The position numbers and the translations under genes are program-made. Below the pieces are notes generated by a model, which made no database searches, had not been told where the DNA came from, and was given only the letters and a program-made list of their open reading frames with translations. From Thermodesulfovibrionales bacterium (GTDB lineage: Bacteria > Nitrospirota > Thermodesulfovibrionia > Thermodesulfovibrionales > SM23-35), in contig CAVQRT010000028.1 of NCBI GenBank assembly GCA_963715195.1, positions 1 through 17,555 of the forward strand: a stretch of DNA of 17,555 nt. The letters run 5' to 3'. The number at the start of each line of letters is the position of its first letter. Positions within the stretch are counted from its first letter, which is position 1. Positions 1-7,920 of this stretch are shown one piece after another.

Positions 1-11
1 ACGTCCTTCAT
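1..11 (-). CDS. Probable start of the next gene, running off the window (MKD...)
   Basis: Minus-strand ATG at 11-9 follows the TAA at 15-13, with GGAG at 20-17 as a Shine-Dalgarno site. Only 3 full codons are visible. Confidence 0.35.
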
Positions 12-12
12 A

Positions 13-397
13 TTAACTCCACTCTCCGTCCTTCCATTGCTTCTTCCGTTTTTCACGCATGATAAAAGCAAGCCATAGTTTTTCCATGCTATCAAATTTA
101 TCGAAGTACGATGTCTTTGTCGCCCATTAACACATTACTGAATGCTATGGTCAAATCCCAGGGCGTTGCATATTTTTCGATTACCATCTCCTGAAGCTGG
201 TCCTGCCTTGGTAGCCAGACAGCCTTTATTGTTTTTAAGTAAGACAGCTTCTTCTCAAGATCGCTTGTAATTGGCTGACATGATGAAGTCAGGCCTAATG
301 ACATCGAGACAAAAAAGTCTCCAAGCTCGGGTTTCCACTGCTTTTGCATCACTTTTGCACTTTCACACATCTTTATATAGGGCGTTGATTTATCCAT
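13..397 (-). CDS. Conserved hypothetical protein (~127 aa after repairing one +1 frameshift near 115)
   Basis: ATG at 397 with AAGGAGG RBS. The ORF MDKSTPYIKMCESAK...WLPRQDQLQEMV stops at 98, but a shifted frame continues SYFDKFDSMEKLWLAFIMREKRKKQWKDGEWS* to TAA at 13-15. Span 385 nt = 3n+1. Confidence 0.75.
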
Positions 398-526
398 AAA
401 ACCTCCTTAAATGGTGTTTAGTTTTCACTATGCTCCTTATTTCGACACCGGTGGAATGTCTTTATTGGACAACTCAGGCCCGAGCAATACCGAGATCCAT
501 TGTTTCATGTATTCTCCGGCATGTCT

Positions 527-1612
527 CTATGTCCGGGAATAGGTGATACTGTCCTTTTGAAAATTTTCAATAATTTCATCCGTCAGAGATGGACGAATTG
601 TTGGCAATATTTGAACAAAAATATCTGTGGTTACCCGATAATCTTTCCTGCTGGCATATTCCTGTTCAAAAGCGAATTGAGCAACTTGTTGAAAGAGGTA
701 TTCAATATCCGCAGGCGTAAAGCGGGATGTCTTCTTAACAATTAGATTCAGATCGATCTCTTCCGTATTGAGCTTGGACAGGTAATGTTCCAGAATCGTT
801 CTCCTTCCATCTTCGTCCAAACCACCAACCGGTATGATGCAATCGAACCGTCCCGGACGAAGCAGCGCGGTATCCAGCTGACGGATATAGTTGGTGGCAC
901 ACACGAGCAACACCTTGTTCCCTTGATTCTTGAGCAGAGGAACCTGTTTGAGAAATTCATTGGTAATGGACTTGTCAACCCTTGATGCAATATCTCGACT
1001 TGCTGCGATCTCTTCAAACTCGTCAACAAAGATAACTGCTTTGTCCAGGTTTCTCGCCTTTTCCATTATGTTGTGTAAATTAAATCCAATTCTATCCACA
1101 CCATCTACCATGAGCATGCTGGGCAAAATTTCGATGTACCACCATGACAAGACACCTGCTATTGCTTTAACAAAATGAGTCTTGCCGGTGCCTGGAGGTC
1201 CAAAAAAAATGATGGTCTTTGGCGGAATTACTCCATGCTTTTTTGAAAGGCTCTCTTCTGTTAGTGGAAGAATAATTCTTCGTTGAACCATCTGTTTTGG
1301 AGGCTGAGAATCAGATATAGTGTCCCATATTTCTTTGCTGATGATCTGAGCCCCCATCTCTGATAGGATATCCTGTCTTGCGTAGTCCGTATATTCATTA
1401 AGAGCTTGATCCATATTTTCGAGAAAATCGATACATGCAGTCCGCAATCCTACATCGCGGCCGAGTTTTTCAGACATGAGCCATTTATGCTGCAGTATTT
1501 TTGCCCAAATGTCAGTGGCAATTTCAGGATCAAATTTTATGCCACTGATTTCAAAGATAGTGCTCGCACATTCCTCTGGTGACGGTGTTTCCGGAAAGCT
1601 TATATTCATCAT
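527..1612 (-). CDS. AAA+ ATPase with N-terminal DUF4032-like domain
   Basis: Walker A GPPGTGKT, Walker B IFVDEFE, sensor I CATN, second region of homology [13 protein letters not shown]-terminal ILQHKWLMSEKLGRDVGLRTACIDF resembles DUF4032. Confidence 0.9.
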   Translation of the reverse strand: MMNISFPETPSPEECASTIFEISGIKFDPEIATDIWAKILQHKWLMSEKLGRDVGLRTACIDFLENMDQALNEYTDYARQDILSEMGAQIISKEIWDTISDSQPPKQMVQRRIILPLTEESLSKKHGVIPPKTIIFFGPPGTGKTHFVKAIAGVLSWWYIEILPSMLMVDGVDRIGFNLHNIMEKARNLDKAVIFVDEFEEIAASRDIASRVDKSITNEFLKQVPLLKNQGNKVLLVCATNYIRQLDTALLRPGRFDCIIPVGGLDEDGRRTILEHYLSKLNTEEIDLNLIVKKTSRFTPADIEYLFQQVAQFAFEQEYASRKDYRVTTDIFVQILPTIRPSLTDEIIENFQKDSITYSRT

Positions 1613-1658
1613 TTACCTTTCTCACATCTACAGCTGTCAGGATTACTGCGCCAGCCCG

Positions 1659-2063
1659 CTATTTCAAAAAGTACTTCCGAACTTTTGCAGCAATCTGACG
1701 ATCAGTCATCTTGTCAACTGGCTCAATACCTGCGATTCGTCCAACAAGGTTGTTTCTTTTAAGACGTTTTTTCAGTTCGTCTTTTGCGTCACCAGGACCA
1801 AAAATCAGAATAGCTTCTGCATCACGAATACTCGCAATTACCGCATCGTAGAAAATGTTGAGATGTCCCGTTAACTTTCTTTGGCGGCTGTCACTTGCCG
1901 GTACTTGTAATGATTCATAGGACCCTTTAAGCGGTGAATCACCGGAACGGCGAAGCTGTTTTTCAGCCTTCGATATTATCAGCCCTATATCTTCCCCTTT
2001 GTCTGTAACAGCTACGATAACAGCCTTCCTGTGGTCAATCCACAATCCCACTTTTGTTTTCAT
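1659..2063 (-). CDS. Short eRF1/aRF1-like (host-attachment / baeRF-type) protein, 134 aa
   Basis: Family-like motifs GLWIDHRKAVIV, ILIFGPGDAKDELKKRL and DKMTDRQIAAKVRKYF. AAAGGAG RBS upstream of the ATG. Confidence 0.75.
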   Translation of the reverse strand: MKTKVGLWIDHRKAVIVAVTDKGEDIGLIISKAEKQLRRSGDSPLKGSYESLQVPASDSRQRKLTGHLNIFYDAVIASIRDAEAILIFGPGDAKDELKKRLKRNNLVGRIAGIEPVDKMTDRQIAAKVRKYFLK

Positions 2064-2100
2064 ATTTCTCCTTTAGATATCAGATCCTCTCAACTACTTC

Positions 2101-2137
2101 AGTATACTACTTATAAGAGCTCTTTATAAAAGCTCTT
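2101..2137 (-). promoter_or_regulatory. Candidate -10 (TATACT) with an adjacent upstream palindrome, a possible operator
   Basis: TATACT on the minus strand at 2106-2101. AAGAGCT[C]TTTATAAAAGCTCTT at 2115-2137 is a perfect 22-bp palindrome apart from one extra base and covers the expected -35 position. Confidence 0.4.
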
Positions 2138-2225
2138 GGAAACCGCAGTTTTTTCTCCCTTAGCGAAGGCGATTTATTTATAATTTGTCAACATTGTCAC
2201 CAGGCGCTGATATGCGATGATCTTT

Positions 2226-4109
2226 CTATTCTTTCGAATCCTGGATTATCCTTTCCACATCTGCCCTTTCAATCGTCTCTTCCTTCATCAGCGCCTCTGC
2301 AATCGCATCAAGCGTATGTCTTTTCACTGTCAATATTTCTGTAGCCCTTGATTCCGCATCGATGATCATTTTCTGGATCTCCTGATCCATGAGCCAGGCC
2401 ATCTCTTCACTGTAACGCTTTGGTAGGGCCAGTTCCCTGCCCAGAAATGGATGTTCCTCTCCTCTCCCGAGGTTTATCGGACCGACCTTGTCACTCATTC
2501 CCCACTGCGCCACCATCTTCTCGGCCAATGAAGTTGCCTCTTTCAGGTCGTTCTGTGCGCCGCTGCTGATGTCATTGAAGACGATCTTTTCTGCAACCCT
2601 TCCTGCAAGGGCTACACTCAACCTGTTCATAAGATAAGTGCGCGGATAATAATGCCTGTCTTCTTCAGGCAGGAGCTGCGTAACTCCCATCGCCATACCG
2701 CGCGGGATAATGCTGACTTTATGGATCGGGTCTGTGCCGGGAAGGTCCCATGCGGCAAGGGTGTGCCCTGCCTCATGGTATGCAGTGATCCGTTTTTCAG
2801 TATCGCTGATCGTTTCCTCTTTACCGCACCCATGAGGATAATGTCCCGGGCCTCTTCAAAGTCGCTCATGTCGATCTTCTCTTTGTTTTTTCTGATAGCA
2901 ACGAGAGCGGCCTCGTTGGCAAGATTTTCAAGGTCGGCGCCTGTCATGCCCGGAGTGCCCCTCGCGACTTTTTCGAAATCGATATCCTCTGTCAGGATTT
3001 TATCTTTAACATGGACCTCAAGGATCGCCTTGCGTTCTTTCCGGCCCGGCCTGTCTATTACAACATGCCGGTCAAACCGTCCCGGCCTGAGAAGGGCGGG
3101 ATCCAGCACATCCGGCCTGTTGGTGGCTGCCATAACAATCACTTCCTCATGCGGTTCGAATCCGTCCATTTCGCTTAAAAGCTGGTTCAGCGTCTGCTCC
3201 CTCTCATCATGTCCACCTCCAAGACCTGCGCCCCGTGTGCGACCTACAGCATCGATCTCATCTATAAAAATAATGCTAGGCTGGGACTCCTTCGCCTTTT
3301 TGAACATATCCCTGACGCGTGAGGCGCCGACACCGACAAACATCTCGATGAATTCAGATGCGCTGATGCTGTAAAAAGGCACCCCTGCCTCACCTGCTAC
3401 TGCACGGGCAAGCAGGGTTTTTCCGGTGCCCGGAGGGCCGATCAGAAGCACTCCCTTGGGAACTTTTGCCCCGAGTCTTTGTGAATCTGGACGGGTCTTT
3501 CAGAAACTCTATCGTTTCTCTCAGTTCCTTCTTTACATTTTCCATCCCTGCAACGTCTTTAAAGGTTATACTCGGTTTTTTCGCATCAGAACAGTTTCGC
3601 CTTGCTTGCCCCGAACGTAAAGAGTCCTCCCGGACCGCCCTGAATCTTCTGATTCCTCCTCATCATCAAGGACCCAGAAACCGATGATCAGCGCCCACGG
3701 CAGGATCCCGATCAGCATCGACCAAAAATATCCCTGTTCAGCGGACTCGATGGTGATAATCACATTCTTTTCCCTCAGTTGGGACAGGAGTCCTTCACCC
3801 TGGAAAGAAGGCAGGACGGTCTGAAAGTATTTCACCTGTGCGGGTTTCTTTTCCCCCTGGAACTGTATGTTCACCTCTTTAACGAATTCACCGCCCACGT
3901 CCAGCTTTTTAATTGAAATGGATTTGATATTGTTGTTCGTTCAGTTGTTCCATGAACTGACTGTAATTTATCGCATATTGCGCAGGAGCGCCTGTGCTGA
4001 AGAAGCTGCTCCATGAGTACAATAATGCAAAAACTATGAAAGATACCGCAATATATCTCCAATATATACCGGGAATACCGCCTATCCCGCCTTTCTTATC
4101 TTCAGCCAT
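2226..4109 (-). pseudogene. ftsH: ATP-dependent zinc metalloprotease FtsH with five single-base frameshifts (pseudogene or sequencing error), ~626 aa when repaired
   Basis: Two TM segments, then [58 protein letters not shown], the zinc motif AYHEAGH (in the frame of the 2226-2696 ORF) and GAQNDL. Frame changes near 3936, 3668, 3587, 3480 (+1 each) and 2820 (-1). 1884-4+1=1881 nt = 627 codons. Confidence 0.93.
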
Positions 4110-4168
4110 GACTTAGATACCTGCTTTCATCCTTTTAGAGGCACACCTCTCCAGCTGTTTTCTTTTCA

Positions 4169-4282
4169 TTAATGTCTTGATAAATCGACCTTCCTGAAAT
4201 CGATATAGCCCCGTTCAACGTCTGTATGAATCAGCTGTACGCGAATCCTATTGCCGACGTCGATACCCCCACAAAGCCATCT
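4169..4282 (-). pseudogene. 3' remnant of an RNB-domain (RNase II/R-like) ribonuclease, C-terminal S1-like segment
   Basis: The minus strand reads (DGFVG)/GIDVGNRIRVQLIHTDVERGYIDFRKVDLSRH*, which matches from memory the end of short RNB ribonucleases. There is no start codon before an upstream in-frame TGA. Confidence 0.65.
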
Positions 4283-4399
4283 GACTATGCCTTTGATATG
4301 CTTACAATCGGATTGACTATTTCCTGATTCTCTTATTCAGAAACCCAAGTCCTACAATCCCTGCAGTTTTTGTGAATACCATATTATTGAGATGGAGAG

Positions 4400-4672
4400 T
4401 TAGCGATCAGAAGACACCTTGACCATCTCTATAGGTTGCTCATTGCCACAGTATTTACAATAGTTTGCATCTTCTTTAATAATTTCTGCACAGTAGGGAC
4501 ATTTTTTGGTATATCCCTTAGATACCAGAGGTGGAAGTACAATAATAACTGCAATAAGCAACGGAACAATTGCACATAGGATAAACCACAATATCGGGCT
4601 GCGCCCTTTTCTTGTAGCTATAATACTTCCCACAATACCTGCAACAATAAGCAGAATGACATATCTAAACAA
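4400..4672 (-). CDS. Small membrane protein with C-terminal zinc ribbon (UPF0547-like)
   Basis: Two hydrophobic helices around RKGRS, followed by KKCPYCAEIIKEDANYCKYCG. The start codon is TTG and uncertain. Confidence 0.85.
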   Translation of the reverse strand: MFRYVILLIVAGIVGSIIATRKGRSPILWFILCAIVPLLIAVIIVLPPLVSKGYTKKCPYCAEIIKEDANYCKYCGNEQPIEMVKVSSDR

Positions 4673-4704
4673 TAGGATTCTCTACTTTTTTATGCTTACT
4701 TGGT

Positions 4705-5575
4705 TTATCTCTTCTGTATATCACCTACGCCAATAAATGGCACTGCCCCAGCACCTGTAACCTGCGGGAGAGTTCCGTTCCATTTCTCTATGGCCTTGAG
4801 ATTGGCCTCTATCTTTCTGAGCTCTATAAGGTCACGTGAAATATTTGCTTTCTGCAACCTCAATGCCTCTGCCTCTGCCTTTGCTGCTGTAATCGTCTGC
4901 TCTGCCTCTATCTTTATCCTATCAAGGTCTCTCTTTGCCTTTAGTGCAAGCTGTTCTGCTGTCTGCTTTGCCTCAATGGCTTCTGTAAATACTGGTGAGA
5001 AGCTGAATGCAACAATAGAAAATTCATCTACTGCTATATCCGACTTCAGGAGTCTTTCAGTAAGAGCTGCTTTCATTGCATCGCTTACTAATGGCCTCTT
5101 TGTTATAAGTTCTTCTGCTGTGTACTCGGCTGATACAGCTTTCATTATTTCTTGAATTGCAGGGTCTATAATACGCTCAGTGTATTGTAACCCAATTTTT
5201 TGATAGACAACATTTGCCTTATCAGGTATTACATGATAGTTAAGTGCAACCGATGAAGTGACATCCTGAAGATCAGAGGATGCAGATGCAGCGTCAGTTA
5301 CTTCCTTCTGTACCTTCACATCCATTATGACAACCTTCTGCATTATAGGTATCATGAAATGCAGTCCTTCATCCCACACCGTATCTTGAACAGCACCAAA
5401 GTTTAGGACAATCCCTCTTTCACCTGCACCAACCTGAACAAATGGTCTAAAAAAAAGCAAAGACTAACAGAATTGCTGCAATAATCACTATTATCCTCGT
5501 GGGGACTTTCTTTACTGCAGACTGCACTGCGTTCTTTGTTATATCCTTTGCTTTTTGGATATCTTGTTCATCCAT
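4705..5575 (-). CDS. SPFH/band-7 prohibitin-family protein with one +1 frameshift near 5450-5460
   Basis: PFVQVGAGERGIVLNFG, EGLHFMIP, YTAEELITKR, AIEAKQTAEQ and IEKWNGTLPQV. Likely true start is ATG 5575 (AGAGG RBS; MDEQDIQKAK...RIIVIIAAILLV TM anchor). Span 871 nt = 3n+1, with the shift in or next to a T8 run. Confidence 0.9.
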
Positions 5576-5673
5576 TATGTTTCCTCTTTTCTTAATTGTT
5601 AAGGGTTTTTTAGTTGTTGCTTATCGTGCTTCTTTTTTGCCTCTTGTTCATGTTTATTTCATTCCTCTCAAAG

Positions 5674-5707
5674 GAGAAGGCTCCCTCTATTGAAGGGAGC
5701 CTTGCTC
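5674..5707 (-). terminator. Hairpin immediately downstream of the cold-shock gene
   Basis: AAGGCTCCCT-ctattga-AGGGAGCCTT stem-loop about 10 nt after the repaired csp stop. The T tail on the minus strand is weak. Confidence 0.6.
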
Positions 5708-5713
5708 ATTTAA

Positions 5714-5913
5714 TTACAGTTTGACTACATTGATTGCTTTGGGACCTTTCGGGCCATGTTCAGTATCAAAGCTGACATTATCACCTTCGGCAAGGCTTTT
5801 AAAGCCACTGCCCTGATAGACGTATGGTGTACAAAAACATCAGTATTGTCTTCAGCAGTAATGAAGCCAAATCCTTTGCTGTCATTGAACCATTTCACAG
5901 TTCCTTGTGTCAT
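5714..5913 (-). CDS. csp: Cold-shock protein (CspA family), 66 aa after repairing a 1-nt deletion near 5815
   Basis: [18 protein letters not shown] (RNP1) and DVFVHH (RNP2). The shifted frame gives [33 protein letters not shown] ending at TAA 5714-5716. AAGGAGG RBS. Confidence 0.95.
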
Positions 5914-5962
5914 TTTGTTAACCTCCTTATTCTAAAAATTAAAAATTTCAGAAGGAATCAAT

Positions 5963-5998
5963 AAAAAAGGCCACAAAGCTAAAAGTCTTTGTGGCCTT
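5963..5998 (-). terminator. Terminator-like hairpin inside the csp 5' leader
   Basis: Minus strand AAGGCCACAAAG-acttttag-CTTTGTGGCC-TTTTTT, located between the promoter and the RBS. Confidence 0.65.
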
Positions 5999-6032
5999 CT
6001 GTGAACGCAAAAACCTCTAAAATCTTATTTTT

Positions 6033-6061
6033 ACGGTAGCATGTCCTTACAGGTTAGTCAA
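6033..6061 (-). promoter_or_regulatory. Sigma70-type promoter for csp
   Basis: TTGACT (6061-6056), 17-bp spacer, TACCGT (6038-6033) with an extended TGn. Confidence 0.6.
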
Positions 6062-6459
6062 GGTAATTCAAAGATGACAGAATATTCGTAGTTTATCCTT
6101 AGCTTCAGTGAAAGCTCGATTTGTTGAATTGCGAAAGAGTCGGTCGTGCATATTTGTATTGGAAGTACACGGGTCGTAGATTTTTTAGAGATGCGCAGTA
6201 CTATGTGTAGTCAATTTTTATTGAATATTTGAGAATTTGTTTGGGCGTGTGGTTTAGCTGGAGAAGAAGGCACCGGTTTCTTTACTTTTTCAGAGACAAC
6301 ACGACATAGAACACCAGCATTATCAAGCGCAGATTAGAACAAGTGTGGTCAGGTCTCTTGGCGTCGTCGAAACTGTATGAGCTCCTGCATCTGCGGCACT
6401 CTGCTTTCATGCAGCACCTCCTCTGAAAGAGTTTCCTGCTGCCTTACTCCGGGGTGACC

Positions 6460-6702
6460 CTATTTTTTGTCCAGAAGGTCATCCCGGTGCTTTTGCCTCA
6501 GTATGTCCAGTTCCTTCTGCCCGTATTTCTTCAGATACAGGAACTTCATCGCAGATCTGATTACCTCGGGCCTTGTCTTGTCCTCGTCGTAGGCCACCTG
6601 CTCGAGCATGTCGAGGGTGAAGTTGTCGAACCGCATGGTGAACGACGTCGCATACCTGAAGTCTTTCTTCTTCCTTGTCTTTTTTATTTTCTCTTCGGTC
6701 AT
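6460..6702 (-). CDS. Ribbon-helix-helix (CopG/Arc-like) DNA-binding protein
   Basis: 80 aa. Beta-like TSFTMRFD, then helices TLDMLEQVAYDEDK and TRPEVIRSAM, with a basic N-terminus. Confidence 0.7.
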   Translation of the reverse strand: MTEEKIKKTRKKKDFRYATSFTMRFDNFTLDMLEQVAYDEDKTRPEVIRSAMKFLYLKKYGQKELDILRQKHRDDLLDKK

Positions 6703-6747
6703 AGCTTATTATGTCTTACAATATAAACATATAATTTTATTGTTATC

Positions 6748-6776
6748 AGACTACCTTATAAATTACACTCTTGCAA
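6748..6776 (-). promoter_or_regulatory. Candidate sigma70 promoter for the RHH gene
   Basis: TTGCAA (6776-6771), 17-bp spacer, TAGTCT (6753-6748). Confidence 0.45.
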
Positions 6777-6873
6777 GAAAAAATGCTTTGCATTTTTTGC
6801 TTTTTTCTTTGCATTTCTTGCAGAGAGGCATTTTTTTGAAATATGGAAGCTGGGTTCAGGGGTAATTCTTTGC

Positions 6874-7605
6874 TCAGCCCGACAGCTTCAGGGTTTTTTT
6901 CCTGTACTCTGTGGGGGACGTCTTGTAGGCTGCCTTGAAGACGCGGTCGAAATGCGGGACATTGCGGTAGCCTGCCGCATATGCGATCTCGGCAATGCCG
7001 AGGTCAGGGTTGTCAAGAAGCTGTACCGCCTTGCCGAGTCTCACGCTGTTCAGGTAAGAGATGAACGTCTGCCCGGATTTTATCCTGAAGACCCTGCTGA
7101 ATTTAAACCTGCTCATGCATGCCATACGGGCCATCACGTCAAGCCTGAGGTCTTTCATGTAGTTCTTGTCGATGAACGCGACGATGCCCTCAATCAGGTT
7201 CTCCTCGCGCGTGTCGAATGACTCGGCAGCATCTCTGTCGCGTGCCTTGCCGAATATCTCTGCAAGCCGGTTCCTGAGGTACACAAGCCGTATCGGCTTC
7301 CTGATGTAGTCGGCGACCTCTTTCCTTATCGCCTGTATCACGAGCTCTTCATCGCTGTGTGCGGTGATCATGATCGCTGGGACAGTGAGGTCTTCCTGCC
7401 GCAGGAGCTTCAGCACATCAAAGCCGTTGCCGTCCGGCAACATATAGTCAAGGATGACGAGGTCTGGGCGGCAGTTCAGCAAAGAGCGGACTTCCGCGCA
7501 GCGTGAAGCCTCGATGACCTTGTAGTCCTGCTCGAGGATGCCGCATATCACGTCCCTGACCGCTTCGTCATCGTCCACCAGGAGGATTGTCTTTTTCTTT
7601 CTCAT
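6874..7605 (-). CDS. Response regulator, receiver plus AraC-type HTH (YesN-like)
   Basis: ILLVDDD, LVILDYMLP (phospho-Asp), MITAH and RKP. C-terminal SRFKFSRVF...IAEIAYAAGY...HFDRVFKAAYKTSPTEYRK. Confidence 0.95.
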   Translation of the reverse strand: MRKKKTILLVDDDEAVRDVICGILEQDYKVIEASRCAEVRSLLNCRPDLVILDYMLPDGNGFDVLKLLRQEDLTVPAIMITAHSDEELVIQAIRKEVADYIRKPIRLVYLRNRLAEIFGKARDRDAAESFDTREENLIEGIVAFIDKNYMKDLRLDVMARMACMSRFKFSRVFRIKSGQTFISYLNSVRLGKAVQLLDNPDLGIAEIAYAAGYRNVPHFDRVFKAAYKTSPTEYRKKTLKLSG

Positions 7606-7779
7606 GAATGAGGTGAAATGCGGAAAGAGCGATTCGGTCTGTTTGTGTGTGCGTTCGGTTCCATTTCTGCAGGTTTGAATTTACCACAGGGTAGAGGAGA
7701 AGGTAAAGGGAAGGCGGAGAGTAGAAACGTAAAAAGTAAAATGTAAAAAGTGAAAAACATATAACTAAGAAAAAAAGAG

Positions 7780-7851
7780 GAGATTGCTCCATCACTCCGT
7801 TCCTCACAATGACATCCATTCTTTGTCATTCCCGCGTAGGCGGGAATCCAT
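7780..7851. repeat. Pair of REP-like palindromic units
   Basis: GAGATTGC...CCTCACAATGAC (7780-7813) and GTCATTCCCGCGTAGGCGGGAATCCAT (7825-7851). The second unit recurs exactly at 13240. Confidence 0.85.
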
Positions 7852-7920
7852 GTTTCTTCTCAATTCTGCATATAGTCCATATGTTTATGAAAATATATTT
7901 TTTTAAGTCTTTCAGACGGA

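Noticed and set aside
2652..3374. 240-aa plus-strand ORF, and similar ones at 4700-5155, 8282-8710 and 10037-10729
   Set aside because: These are antisense shadows of well-supported genes and have no motifs of their own.
2226..4109. Split ftsH as several real genes or as programmed frameshifting
   Set aside because: The breaks fall inside conserved domains, go in both directions and share no slippery motif. Repair gives one normal-length FtsH.
6460..6702. Toxin-antitoxin pair
   Set aside because: No adjacent toxin-like ORF was found on either side.
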